Below, piece by piece: positions 1 through 12,213 of a DNA stretch of 64,000 bases. A program made the translations under genes and the position numbers. The notes under the pieces were generated by a model, which saw nothing but the letters and a program-made list of their open reading frames with translations, did not search any database and was not told where the DNA came from. Position 1 is the first letter of the stretch. Every line of letters starts with the position of its first letter. This stretch comes from Patellaria atrata CBS 101060 (taxonomy: Eukaryota). The DNA is taken from positions 558,001-622,000 of the forward strand of contig MU006099.1 in the NCBI GenBank assembly GCA_010093705.1, in the 5' to 3' direction.

Positions 1-17
1 AAGATCATGAATCGATA

Positions 18-2391
18 TCAATCCTCCTCGAATCCTATACCGGACACCTGTCCGAGAAAGTCATTCTTCTTCTCACCCTTCAGTAAAGCATCAATATCGA
101 CGTTACCGCTGGTCAAATAGCGCTCGCTGACTCCAACGTTGACGCGCTGAGCTAATAGAGCTTTTAGCTCCGCTCTTAGTGCTTGCACCTCCCATTTTGT
201 CAAGCTCCTTGCTTCCCGTTCCTTTTGTTTTCTCCCATTGCCCCGTCCTCTCCGCCCAGCAGATTCCTTATCAAGCTCTTCACTATCATATTCAACCCCT
301 AGTTCCTCAGCAGCCTTCTTCATCCACTCATCTTCAGTATTCTTCTTCTCTTTCGCTATTGTCATATCCGCTATCTTCTTTGCCAGAGTAGCTCTAGGTT
401 TCAAGCGCGCTACAACTCGTCGATCTATATCTAGGGAACGCATGAAGTAAGATCCACGTTTGCTGGAATCTCGAGCGTGGACCTTGGCAACGAGTCGACG
501 GACACCTGCAACTTCTTCAGGAGCACAAAGTAGGATGCTAGACCCGGTATTTTCTGCGCGTGCTGTACGCCCAGATCTATGGACATACATGTCCGCGGCA
601 CGAGGGAGATGGTAATGCACGACAAGCTGGACGCCCGGGATATCTAAGCCTCGTGCAGCGACATCTGTCGCAATGAGGATGGAGCCAGGGCGTTCGGTGA
701 AACGCTCAACAGAGCGGAGACGGGCCTTCTGTGGCATCTGTGAATGTAGCGCTAAAGCTGGAAGGTTAAGGTTCTGTAGGAATGGTGTAATACGCCGGAC
801 TGCGGATATTGAATTGGCAAATACTAGCGTTCGGAAATTTGGGTGATAAAGAATCAAAGAATATAGATAGAGATCCTGTTAAATTCGTCAATGATACACT
901 TTCAATAAAGACATAGATTCGTACCTTCTCAGTGCCTGCGCACTCTACTAGTCCCTCCTGAAGACCTGTAGCCATCTGAGTAACTGGATTAACATCTATA
1001 AACTTAGGTTTCGGTTCTCGGAAGTTGAGCTTTTTCAACAAGTATTCCATGGACTCTCGATTGCTCATAAGATCACCGTTATATCTACCTTTGCCGGCTA
1101 ACTTCTGTTGCAGTTCCTTCTGAAAGGTTGCGGAAAATACAAGGGTCTGCCTCTCTACATACTCCTTGACAGGAGTTTCCTCTGGTTTATCGTCGTCTTT
1201 CGTTTCTTCTTGGTCAAGGACATTCAGGATCTCCTCAACCTCTTTGAAATGCCCCTCACTGAGCAACCGGTCGGCTTCATCAACAATAAGAAATTTTATC
1301 CCTCGAAGCCAGCTTATCAGGCCTTTACCATTGCTGATTACTTCCCATAGCCGGCCAGGTGTTGCAACGACAATATCTGCAATAGCAAGCTGACGCTGTT
1401 GCTTTTGAACTGAGAGTCCACCAGTCACCGTGGCGATTGAGGGCGCCCTGATTTCGATATCACCTTTGGAGCAGAGAGCAGTCATATGCTTTGAAATCTG
1501 GTGTGCAAGTTCTCTAGTAGGTGATAAGATTAGGGCAAGAGGATCGGAAGTTTTGGAGTCCTTTGGTTTGTCCCTTGCTTCTTCTTTACTGGATTCACTC
1601 AAATAGTATTCTAATATAGGTATGCCATATGCCAACGTTTTTCCCGATCCTGTAGGTGCTTTTGCTATAACATCGTGACCTGCCATTACCTCCGGTATGG
1701 CTGCTGACTGAACAGGAGTGGGTTTGGAAAATCCCAGCTTTGAAAGAGAGGAACAGGTCAATTGGGAAATATAGAGGGGAGCTTTATGCCACGCGCTAGT
1801 ATCCACATCATTGTCCAGTGACTCTTCCTCCAAAGTATCGAATCCTGCAGACGCTTTATCCGATACTTCGTTGTCTTCAGCCTTTTGTGCTTTAAGTGAA
1901 GGTACCTCCTTCATTTGCTTGGTATCCTTCTTTTGCTTAGTGTTCTCTTTCTTTTTCCTATTATCCCCTTTAGATTGTTGATCGTTCCCAGTCTTTGTAT
2001 CCTCGTCGGCCGTGGATTTACTTGTACCATTGAGTGTGTCTTTCTCCTCCTCATCGCTAAAACCATCCCACTCCTCACCAGTTTCTGCGTTGTCTGACTT
2101 CTCGTCCTCAGCTTCGAGCAGAGATGAATCGTTTATTGCTTTAAGGGTAATGCGCCCTTTATCATCCTTAATTATCTCTACGTCCTCAATCTCTTCAAGT
2201 CCAAAGAAGCCCTCATAATCGTCCATACGATCGGGTAGCGGTACCGCTTTCCAGCGAGGAGCGTTCGAATTCGAGACTTTCCGCTTTTTAGCGGCGTGGT
2301 TAGCATCTTCGATCTTTTGTCGCTTCTTTTGCTTCATTGCCGCAAATTTTGGAGGCAACTGCCTCTTGGTTTCACTGGTAATTGAGGCCAT
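18..2391 (-). CDS. MAK5: DEAD-box ATP-dependent RNA helicase (60S biogenesis); 2 exons, intron 876-924
   Basis: Motifs PTPVQ, APTGSGKT, PTRELA, TPGRL, DEAD, SAT, ARGLD and HRSGRTAR. A 49-nt GTACGA..TTAACAG intron joins ORFs 766-2391 and 18-857 in frame (GTEK|DLYLY). Confidence 0.93.
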
Positions 2392-2627
2392 GTTGTGGTG
2401 CTAGAGAGATTTTACAGAAGTGATGCTGCAACAAAAGGTTCGAAGACCCTCGCGAAAAACTTCCCTTGGTGAAGTGCTAACCGCGGAAACCGGCCGCACG
2501 AACCTCAAGCGTTGCTAGAACTCACTCTAGGAATTTCTCCTTTACTGTAAGATAACAGCGAATCATCTTGAAACCTCTAGACTCTTCGATCTTATGTACT
2601 CAGGGGATTGCTGATACACTGTGAGCC
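2392..2627. promoter_or_regulatory. Short bidirectional promoter shared by MAK5 and TRM7
   Basis: Divergent ATGs only 236 bp apart. An RRPE-like GAAAAACTT element lies near 2454. Confidence 0.45.
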
Positions 2628-3758
2628 ATGGGAAAATCGTCAAAAGACAAACGAGACGCATACTACCGTCTCGCGAAAGAGCAAGGTTGGCGTGCTCGTA
2701 GTGCCTTTAAACTCCTTCAGCTTGATGAGGAATTCAATCTATTTGAAGGTGTCACCCGAGTTGTTGATTTGTGTGCTGCTCCGGGGAGTTGGAGCCAAGT
2801 ACTTTCGCGCGTCCTCATCAAAGGAGAAAAGTTCGGTCGCTCTGCATGGGAAGATAAAGAACGTAAGGATCGATTAGCCGTTCTAAAAGCAAGTGTAATC
2901 AAGAAATCAGAGCAAGAGCTTCAAGAACCAGAAGGAGAGGTCCCTGAACCTTTGAGACCGCGAGAAAATGTAAAGATAGTATCGATTGACCTCCAACCGA
3001 TGAGCCCTCTCGAGGGTATCATTACATTACAGGCAGACATAACACATCCTTCAACCGTTCCGTTGCTCCTCAAAGCTCTAGATCCAGAGAGTTACGATCC
3101 GTCATCCACGTCCGCCGCGCATCCAGTGGACCTAGTGATCTCTGACGGTGCTCCGGACGTTACGGGTCTACATGATCTTGATATCTATGTACAGAGTCAA
3201 CTACTCTGGGCTGCGCTCAATTTAGCATTGTGCGTCCTAAAACCTGGCGGCAAGTTTGTTGCGAAGATCTTTAGGGGCAAAGATGTGGATTTACTGTTCG
3301 CACAGCTCAAGATAGTTTTTGAAAGAGTGAGAGTTGCAAAACCACGTAGTAGCAGAGCGAGTAGTATTGAAGCTTTTGTCGTCTGCGAAGGGTTCAATCC
3401 CCCTAAGGGGTTCAAAGCAAGTCTTGACAACCCCCTTGGTGCTGCTCAAAAATTACCAGTAGACCCCGAGAAACCAAGGGAAAGGACCAAACTATACAGG
3501 CGACTTCGAGAAGATGGCATTACGGAACTAGAGTTGGGTTCAGATGAAGAGAAAGAGGGTGAAGATGTTCGATGGATAGCACCATTCCTCGCGTGTGGAG
3601 ATCTATCAGCATATGACGCAGATGCGTCCTACCATCTTCCCAAGGATAGGGTTAGTCTTGACCCAGTACAACCTCCCACTGCTCCACCATACAAGCGAGC
3701 ATTAGAGATGCGGAAAAAAGCTGGGGGAGCATACGGTAAAACCAAGGGTTTAATTTGA
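2628..3758 (+). CDS. TRM7: tRNA (cytidine32/guanosine34-2'-O)-methyltransferase, FtsJ family
   Basis: [64 protein letters not shown] and the C-terminal [12 protein letters not shown]. Confidence 0.95.
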   Translation: MGKSSKDKRDAYYRLAKEQGWRARSAFKLLQLDEEFNLFEGVTRVVDLCAAPGSWSQVLSRVLIKGEKFGRSAWEDKERKDRLAVLKASVIKKSEQELQEPEGEVPEPLRPRENVKIVSIDLQPMSPLEGIITLQADITHPSTVPLLLKALDPESYDPSSTSAAHPVDLVISDGAPDVTGLHDLDIYVQSQLLWAALNLALCVLKPGGKFVAKIFRGKDVDLLFAQLKIVFERVRVAKPRSSRASSIEAFVVCEGFNPPKGFKASLDNPLGAAQKLPVDPEKPRERTKLYRRLREDGITELELGSDEEKEGEDVRWIAPFLACGDLSAYDADASYHLPKDRVSLDPVQPPTAPPYKRALEMRKKAGGAYGKTKGLI

Positions 3759-4113
3759 TGGATCCTCGCATTTTATCCGAACGCTACGTCAGATCGCATT
3801 ATTCGGCCCTTTAATATGCATACCACTACTCGCCGAAAGCAGAACAACCACTTCGTCTATAAAGCTTTCCTGATTTCAGAGGGATTAATGAGTCACAGCC
3901 TGAGTGCCTCTGTACAGTACGGCCGTACTTTAATTCAATCGAATCAAAGACCACAAGAAGACGCCTCTTTCAGCCATCCACGTGATATCGCGCTCATAAT
4001 TACGCCACACGAGGAACCCCTCGCGTCTTCATAAACCCCTCCGATCCCATCAGTCCTCTCAGGCACAAATCCTTCAATCCTAATACAACCTCAAATCCCC
4101 AAAAGTCTCCAAC

Positions 4114-4596
4114 ATGTCCACCACCACTGCCCCTGAAACTTCTGAATCATACATGCTCACCTCCCCACCCAACTTCCAAAAACCACCTCCCGGCACACCC
4201 GTCTTCGTCACAATGCCTGTCCGCGATCTTCCCCGCGCCCAGCGGTTCTACTACACCGTCTTCGGATGGCGCTACCTCGCTCACCCCTCCGATCCAGAGC
4301 GGGTCATCTACTTCACTCCTGGCTCGATCATGGGGTCTTTAGTGCTCGTAAAAGACTCCTCCAACACTACGCAGTCGATTGCTACACTGAAGGAGGATAT
4401 CGAGAGGGGAGTCACGAGAACAGGACCGTGTGAATACGTCCTCGTGGAAGATGTTGAGGAGACGGTGAAGAAGATTATGGAGGCCGGGGGGATGATGGAG
4501 AGGGAGCGTTTTGTGGTGGGGGATCATACGGAGATGGCGTTTTATCGCGATACTGAGGGGAATGTTGGGGGTGTATTGAAGTGGTTGATGCCTTAG
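4114..4596 (+). CDS. VOC (glyoxalase/bleomycin-resistance) family protein
   Basis: PVRDLPRAQRFYYTVFGW, VEDVEETVKKIMEAGG and AFYRDTEGNVGG motifs; intronless 160 aa ORF. Confidence 0.85.
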   Translation: MSTTTAPETSESYMLTSPPNFQKPPPGTPVFVTMPVRDLPRAQRFYYTVFGWRYLAHPSDPERVIYFTPGSIMGSLVLVKDSSNTTQSIATLKEDIERGVTRTGPCEYVLVEDVEETVKKIMEAGGMMERERFVVGDHTEMAFYRDTEGNVGGVLKWLMP

Positions 4597-4637
4597 GCGT
4601 AGAGGAGACTATTTAAGGAGGTGAAGTAAGATAAGAA

Positions 4638-4820
4638 ATAAGGTAGTATCTCAGCCTAGGTAACATTATGCTGGGTTGAGATATTATACCTAGAATAATG
4701 GTAGCCAGGATGAGATACTATACCTTATATAATGTTACCTTAGTTGAGATATTATACCTAGTATAATGTTGTCTAGGTTAAGATCGTGTGCTTAGTATAA
4801 TGTTGTCTGAGCTAAGATAT
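4638..4820. repeat. 34-bp degenerate tandem minisatellite (4 units at 4678, 4712, 4746, 4780 plus a partial) preceded by an inverted copy (4638-4669)
   Basis: Units gagatattatacctagaataatggtagccaggat / gagatactataccttatataatgttaccttagtt / gagatattatacctagtataatgttgtctaggtt / aagatcgtgtgcttagtataatgttgtctgagct. Confidence 0.85.
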
Positions 4821-4843
4821 TGATGACTAATAAACTGTGAATA

Positions 4844-6677
4844 ACGTGCTTCACCAGTCAGTGGGACACACCAGTCAGTGGGACACCCCACCAAGATCAA
4901 CCAGCGTTTTCATACAATTACTCCACTACAACAAAATATATTCAAATAAAATTATGCTTAGGAGCTACTTGAGACACTAGTACATTGACGCCTTGTGTGG
5001 CCTTGGATATGGCAGTTAGAGCACGTTGGTGCTGCTCGCTGTCGCGTCTGACCAGCCCAGTTCTGGTCGGCCTCCTACTCCATATTTTCCAACTCCTCAG
5101 CTATAAGCTGGGCCTGCTGAGCCTGTAGAGCCCCTCCATGCGCGATATACCTTCGGCGGTGCTGCTGTTTCCGTTTTCGACGTTAATTTTCTGTACGAAG
5201 CTCTATATTCTGCTTTGCAAGTATGGTAGCGGAATGCATCGCCATCTGGCATCCTTTAACAAGTTGATTGATTGCTCGGCTAGTAGGGCACTGTGACTGA
5301 TGCCGAAGGATGTCCCGTATAAGCTTTGCCTGCTGCTCTAGCTGGGCAGTAGTATGTGGTGTTTCTGAAGTCCATTGAGGTGCTTCCCTATTAGCCGTGC
5401 CTGGTGGAGTCAAAGTCTTCGTGATTGGAAGTGACGATATGACGTGCTCAGGGTCGTATGGCACTAGGCCCGTAGCAAGAAATCCGCTTCTAATATTCTG
5501 ATCTGTAAAGACAGATAGCCGTACCTTAGTATATATTGCTAGGAAGTCTTCTTTATCAATATGGTGGATTCCATGACGGGCGAGCTCTTGAACCTGGTGA
5601 CCGTACGCAACCTTTAGAGGAGAGTAGCAGCTTACGTCAAGCGGCTGAAGACGATGTGACGTATGCGACGGCATGCAGAGGGTAATAATCTTAATTTTCC
5701 ATACAGTATTGGTCAAATTCAGGCGTTGCGTGGCTACCATGACCGTCAAGTATAAGTAGACGGTAGACCCCCTTTGTATAAGACTTTGTACAGTTGTCAA
5801 AGTGCTTAATCCATTCGAATCCTAGTTTATTTGTTGTCCAGCCATTATCGCTAACAGCGAGCATCCAGTCACCGGGTAGACCCTGATACCAGCTTGACTG
5901 GTGGAGCTTTCCTGGAAGGATAACGAAGGGCGGGATTGCCCACCCGGTGGCATTAATACATTCAATCACCGTTGACCATTCGCGATTGCCCGGTTGTATG
6001 AGAATTGCTTGGCCTATAGTATCAGAGCTTGTAACGACTTTTGATGTCGCAGATACACCCATCATAAATCCAGTCTCGTCAAAGTTGTAGCTATCTTCGT
6101 CTAAGATGCCATACTTCTGGCGCGTCTCGTTTACACGCCCATACCACTCGCGAAATATGTCTCGATCTTCGCATTTCGCGCCTTGAGAATGAAACTTCCT
6201 ATTCCATTTTGTCTGTAGGTCTGGCTGGTTGTTGATAAAGCGGCATACCCAGTTCTTACCAGCGGGTGTGGGAGGAGGATTCTGGCCGCGTGCCGCGAGT
6301 AAATGGTCTGCCATTCGTCGTACTTCGATGATATGGGGCGGAAATCCGCGTCGGTCGAGATCTAGGACCCATTCTACGAGTGCCTGCTGCTCAGATAGCT
6401 GTAGCTTTCGTTTTTGCGAATTAGACACGCTCTAAGGTGTTATGCCATGTACGCGACGATGGAGAGTAGACTTTGGAACATCGTACAATCCGGCGGCCTT
6501 CCGGACACTTGAAATTCTGTTTTCTTGAAGCGACTTAGTAGTAATAAGTAACCTACCTTCTTGCCGGGGCTTCTGAAGGTTCTGTGTTAGTGGCATTGTT
6601 GATTTTGTTGAAGACGTGGGGTGGTTTTGGTGGGATGTCCCACTGACTGGTGTGTCCCACTGACTGGTGAAGCACGT
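4844..6677 (-). mobile_element. Full-length Fot1/pogo-family (Tc1-mariner) DNA transposon, 1834 bp
   Basis: 51-bp TIRs (4844-4894 and 6627-6677, 1 mismatch) starting ACGTGCTTCACC, each with two 17-bp direct repeats. TA target duplications at 4842-4843 and 6678-6679. Internal transposase. Confidence 0.96.
4958..6596 (-). pseudogene. Disrupted pogo/Fot1 DDE transposase
   Basis: HTH_psq/CENP-B HTH, YNFDETGF, LILDGHGSH, LQPLDV and C-terminal zinc knuckle CSNCHIQGHTRRQC. Premature stops at 6432-6434, 5183-5185 and ~5076, and a +1 frameshift at ~5693. Confidence 0.92.
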
Positions 6678-6810
6678 TATGGTAGGGTTTACCGAGAGGT
6701 TCATCACCATATACTGTAGTAAGTGGTAGAGAGGATATAATTTATCGTGATACGAGCTACCGTTGACGTAGATCATTGATTCTCTATTAAAATCCTCAGA
6801 AAAACATATA

Positions 6811-7956
6811 TCAGTGTGACAGAAGTGGCAGTCTCTTCGCCACAAACCAAGCCCAATACAAAGCCGCCTTATCCTGACTAGGAAATCCTCCCCAGTTATC
6901 TGCGATGCTGGCCAGGATCAAGTCGCTGTAGAGCGCAGAAAACGTGCCAAAACACACCACAAATGCTTTGAAAACCCCTCCGAACGTTGACGAAAACGCG
7001 CTCTTCTCTTCTTGCTTGTTCCCTTCACCGTGTCTTTTGTAGAAGTATGCACCGACCGCCCCTGATATGACGACTATTGCGATTCCGAAGCTGTAGCTGA
7101 GATCGCGGACGCCTTCGTTCGAGGGAAATGCCTCACGGACTATTGATAGGAGACCGACCATCCCAACGATAGTCCCGCACAGGTATAGGAATAACCAGTA
7201 TAGTGGTGTTCTTTGCGGGTGCCCTTGAACAAGTGAAGTCGTAGTTTGCGAGTATTCACTGTGCCAGCCAGAGTGGTACTGTGAAAAGTTATCGTCTGAT
7301 GGGACTGGACTATGATGCATATATGGGCTTTTAGGTAAAGGTAAATATTGTCTTGATCCGTAAGGATGGTAGCCATGGTTTGAATGCTGAACGCTAACTA
7401 ATCTCACACCGTCCGTTGACCTTTCTTGTGTGTGTGGACCGTTTTCTCTTCTTAGTATCCAAGCTCGATGTATGGTAATGGTAGACTGGGTAATGGAAAA
7501 GGTAAGTTTCCAGACCGCGATGAGAATGAATTCCCACCGGATCCTACATCTCCACATCGAAACGCTTGCTAACGGTATCGTTGTTATGATAGTACCCATA
7601 GCAAGCCCGATATCGAAGGAGCTATGGGTCAATTTATGAAGTGGCCATAGTGGTGAACGTCCGAAACCGATCCATATAATAGCCCAGTAGGTGAGGAGGT
7701 GTGATACTATGCCAATACCTCCGTAAGGTAATGCATAACATTGAACCTCTCCAGCTACTCCTGCGGTTGTGTTTCGAGAGGGCAAAAGATCGTCTAAGCC
7801 TCGAGGTAACTCTTTTCCAAGAGGATTCGCAAGTGTTTTTGAGGAAAAGAATATCAAGAGTGGTAAAGCTATGGCGTTCGGGTTCGGACACAAGCGTAGT
7901 AGAGACATTTCGTTTACGACTGTTGTTATAGCATACACAAACTCCACTGACACCAC
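6811..7956 (-). CDS. Fungal multi-pass membrane protein of unknown function (first ATG probably ~7908)
   Basis: 381-codon ORF with several hydrophobic segments and a CYALPYGGIGIVSHLLTYW block typical of a fungal hypothetical family. Start uncertain. Confidence 0.7.
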   Translation of the reverse strand: MVSVEFVYAITTVVNEMSLLRLCPNPNAIALPLLIFFSSKTLANPLGKELPRGLDDLLPSRNTTAGVAGEVQCYALPYGGIGIVSHLLTYWAIIWIGFGRSPLWPLHKLTHSSFDIGLAMGTIITTIPLASVSMWRCRIRWEFILIAVWKLTFSITQSTITIHRAWILRRENGPHTQERSTDGVRLVSVQHSNHGYHPYGSRQYLPLPKSPYMHHSPVPSDDNFSQYHSGWHSEYSQTTTSLVQGHPQRTPLYWLFLYLCGTIVGMVGLLSIVREAFPSNEGVRDLSYSFGIAIVVISGAVGAYFYKRHGEGNKQEEKSAFSSTFGGVFKAFVVCFGTFSALYSDLILASIADNWGGFPSQDKAALYWAWFVAKRLPLLSH

Positions 7957-8825
7957 TAGCTGATTAATGAAATAGAAAATAATTGTAATAATGGTTAAAA
8001 AGGAAACCGTCGTCTAAAGAATATCAAGATGTGCGAAAGAAACGAGAAGGAAGGCATTATAGCCTTCCCCCACCTATGGCAAGGCTGAGGCTGATGGAAG
8101 ATGTCAGAGAAGGAATGAAACAAGAGATCTCTGGACCAGACTCCTGAGAGAGAAGTATGAAGCTTTTTCCGGAGATCATACCTTCAGCTCTAGGTTGAGG
8201 AACCGTAGAACTGGGAATCGGGCAGTACATTGACACTGATTGGGGGGACTTCAAGCCCTTTCCTCAGCCTTGCATATACAACGGGAAGTCAATATGAACA
8301 TGGCCCCATGTGGCATGAGCCTGCAGACCAGAGTCAATTGCGTTTGAGGGAATCAAAGCATGCCAAAGTTTATAACAACCGAATCCGCACTCCTGAGATT
8401 CTATCAATATGCCGGTGTACCTACAATCGGCGGCTGTAGATTTTGTGTTTCCCAATAGGAGAAATGAACTCTTGGTATGTTTGACTACGCAACCATCCAA
8501 CATAATGATAAAATGGGAAAGAAAAAGAAATCAAAACTGCTTATAAGAGGAGATGAATGCAGATACCCATTAGAAGAAGGTCGAGGAAATGGAAGAGGTT
8601 CAATAGCGTACAGTGCTCCCGTCCGGGTTAACGCGGCCCGTGCACTGGTTCTAGCGACATCGCGAGTTGTTGATCATTATGACTGTTCATTCTCCCACTA
8701 AGTTATTTATTACCTTTCGTAAATCGCTTCTCCTACTTAATAAGACCACATCATTCACACATCCTCATTCTAAGTCTGTACAAGTCGACAGAGATATCAA
8801 ATCAAGTGATATTTTACCACATACA

Positions 8826-9368
8826 ATGAGCGCCATAGAAGTACATGAAGATCGTATAATTGGCGATGCCAGATATATCGTTTCAAATGATCGGGAATTC
8901 ATCTCCCACAAATTCATCCAATCTGCTTTCGATAGCCCAGATATGTACTGGACACGGCCCATGAGTCTAGAGGACATTGAGACAATGGTCAACAATAGCT
9001 GCACGCTGGGTGTCTTTTTCAGAGGACCCTCATCGGGATCAATAGTTTCCAGTACGCAAGTCGGGATGGCTCGTATGCTCACGGATTATGTGACATTCGC
9101 CTACTTGACAGACGTGTACATAGATCCGGAGCACCGTGGTCGAGGACTGGCGAAATGGTTGATGCAGTGCTGCGAACAGATGATGGATCAGATGCCAGAA
9201 CTGCGCCGGTGTGTATTGCTCACAAAAGGCGCGGAGAGATTTTACGAGAAGGAAATGGGTATGGAAGTCATAGGAACAGACAAGAACGGTATGTCTGCTA
9301 TGGCTAAACCGGGGAGAGTAGCACTGTCACTCGTAGAAGAAAACGAGAAGAAACGATATCCGGGATAG
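8826..9368 (+). CDS. GNAT-family N-acetyltransferase
   Basis: QVGMARMLTDYVTFAYLTDVYIDPEHRGRGLAKWL (acetyl-CoA motif A). ATG at 8826 in a CACAATG-like context. Confidence 0.88.
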   Translation: MSAIEVHEDRIIGDARYIVSNDREFISHKFIQSAFDSPDMYWTRPMSLEDIETMVNNSCTLGVFFRGPSSGSIVSSTQVGMARMLTDYVTFAYLTDVYIDPEHRGRGLAKWLMQCCEQMMDQMPELRRCVLLTKGAERFYEKEMGMEVIGTDKNGMSAMAKPGRVALSLVEENEKKRYPG

Positions 9369-9569
9369 TGTTGGATCGGAAGCTGCTGTGGCATAGGTTG
9401 GAGCGCGACTTTTCCTATTGAATATTCAAGGTATATATAGGTCGTTACTATTCCAATCCTAGCCAACAGTACAGGTAACCAATCTCTGGAGTGCTTTCAA
9501 AATATCTCCAAACACCGATAAAATATCCATTTCCAAATTTTTGCGCCAATAAACAACCCACACGCGCTC

Positions 9570-11142
9570 TTAGAACAGACTACTCTTTTTCTTCGCCAAC
9601 TTGTTTGCACTATCTCCCTCACTCCTCAACCCCCAAAAACTCTTCTTCTTTTTGGCCGTCTGGGTCCCTTGATCCCCAAAGAAACCACTCGCTGACGCCT
9701 GTGCCTGTCCATACGGATGCAAATACGGGCCCGCCGGCTGCGGTCTCGGTACCGGTGCATTGATCCTAATCTGCGGGCCCTGCGACGAAGGTCTGAAAGG
9801 CCTTTGTAGTAACGGCGCTGAATGTCGTTGTGTCGGAACGACAGGTTGGGGGGGTCGGAGCAGTGGCGGTGGTTGTGAGTACGGCTGAGGTTGTGGTTGA
9901 GGTCGTCGTGGAGGTAGTGCTTGGCTTTGTGTCCCGTAGATTTTCTTAAGACGCTCGGTTTCTCGGTCTACTTCGGTTTGCTTGCGGCGTGCTTCTTTTT
10001 GGGCGGTTTGTTTCTCGGCTTCGAGGAGTTTGCGGAGGCGTCTGTCTTCGGAGGAGAAGGTGGGGTTAGAAGCTGCGGGTTGGACTTGGGTGATTGGGGC
10101 CGGCTGAGTGCGGTTGTATGAGTTAGTGGAAATAGGAGGCAAGGATTGGCGTTGAGCTCTCGCGTAAGGTTGGGATGTCTGAACGGGTTGAGAGATGCGC
10201 TGGGCAGATGCGGAAACTTGTGGAATAGAAGTCATTATGATCGGAGGAGGTTCGACGGGAGAAGAGCCCTTGCGGTTGAGAATCCCTCCGCTGTTCTTGC
10301 GTCGGGAGCTAATGTTGAAGACGTCCTTCATCTGGCCAAAGTATATATCGCGGATCACAGCGGCGCTTAGGAGAAGTACAACTTCGAGACCTTTGGGATC
10401 CTCCATATCTACGCGGTAGAGATTGGGCTCGTATATAGAAACTTCCCGCAGACCACCGAAAAGGGCAACTGCAATGTCCGGTTCTTTATTCTTCTTCTTA
10501 TGGTTATCCGTCGATTTTCCAGTCATAAAACAGGTCATATCCTTGGAAAGCTTGCCATCTTTTCGCCATACGAAGTTCAACTTTGGGGTTGTAGCGTCGG
10601 TAACCGGGTCGTTGAGACGTCTATCTATGGCGGACGCGCTGGGCATGCGAAAGGTCTGTTGGGGCATACTAAACTCATACGTTGAGCTTCCACCCCATGA
10701 TCCAGGTTTCTGTCGTACTACCACATTCTGATCAGGCTCATATAGCTGAATCGTAAAGTCGGTGGGTGTTATAGGTTGAGGAGGAGGCGGTACGCCGCCG
10801 TTCCGCCGTATCTCATCCTGGGATAAAGTCGGTTGAGTCCATTCCGGTCTTATTAACACTTCTCCGAAGAGCACTTCGGGATTAAAAGAGTCGAATAGTG
10901 CTACCGCATAGCAATTTTTCGAGCATGGTAAGGCTGGGTCGAGGTGATGTAGGTCATACACCGGCTCTGGTTCCGACCCGTTCTGTGAGAAGAGGAAAGA
11001 GTGGTGATACTTGATGGCATCGGCGGACGGTTTTAAGAAGAAATCTGATTGTCGTTAGATCTCTATTCTGTAACATTATATCGCACGAAAATAGTCAAAT
11101 GCAGCGCAGCGGATACCTACTTGGTAGATTCTCATCTATCAT
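9570..11142 (-). CDS. Conserved fungal hypothetical protein with Pro/Gln-rich C-terminus; intron 11045-11120
   Basis: Exon 1 MIDENLP spliced via GTAGGT..CTAAC..CAG into NFFLKPSAD, continuous with ORF 9570-10961. Confidence 0.85.
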
Positions 11143-12213
11143 GGTGGATTGGCGTGATATCGTATCACTCGTGGTTGAGTAGAGTTGTAGAATAAGTAGG
11201 AGGTCACTGAGAGTTTAGGGTCGAGATACGGGATGTGCATCGTGAATTTGTGATGCTGGAGAGAGACATTGGACAATGGTTGTGTGGCAGAGTCGTGGAG
11301 CTACGCGTTTCCACGAGGCTGTGATGTGCATGGCCGACTTTACACCCACCTCTTCAAACGCTATCCAAGAAGCCTACCCAGCTGTACAAACTTGTAATCC
11401 TACTGTACTCCTTTAAACGAACGCACCTATGGCGATTGTTTCAAGTTTTGAAGTCTAGATATGCATGCAAAGGACTGCTCCGTTATTCGTACTCAGCCGC
11501 TAACCCCTGTCTTAGAGCACCATGAGGTCGATGATACAAGGCTGACTGTGCTATCTATATCCATGAAGTTTCGAGTCAATGTTGGTTTGGAAGAATAAGC
11601 TTCTATGGCTCTGTATGTCAAACCCTCAAAAGTCAGTTACCTGCGCCTTTCGACGTCCTTCGACTTCAACCCACATAACTCCGTCCAAGAACTCTCAGTC
11701 CTCACTCTCAGTCCTCGATTTGATTCGATCGATACATGGTCATATTATTCGTTATGACTATATCCTACTTATAGGTCTTTGAAATCTTTATCATGGCCGA
11801 GTATAATATGTATCTCTTCTCCGACTCTCTTTCTACTCGTCTTTTAGTTTAGATATGCACTAGTATGTGCGGGAACATCTTCAATAGGTCTTTTTTAAAG
11901 CTCCCCCAGATATACATGTTTCCGACCGTAACCTTTCAAGGGCACGTCAGCGCCCACGTAACACTTCATATAGAGCTAGTACTATGATCTACATTATATG
12001 AAACTTTCTTATTTCAATCTTCCCTAGATTAACAATCAGCACAGTGTTAAAGGGCCTATCCTAATTAGTCCTTCATCTTCTAGTCACCGAGAACTCTAGT
12101 TGAAAAGCTACATATCCAGTCTATACTTATATTTCAGTTCTAAGGTCCTAAAAATTTAGAAAAGTTGCTTGATTTGATCTCGATCTCTAATTCACCGTTT
12201 GAGAAGCCTTGAT

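Noticed and set aside
4678..4813. Regular ~34-bp periodic palindromic repeats suggestive of a CRISPR array
   Set aside because: Units are contiguous with no unique spacers, there are no cas genes, and the context is eukaryotic.
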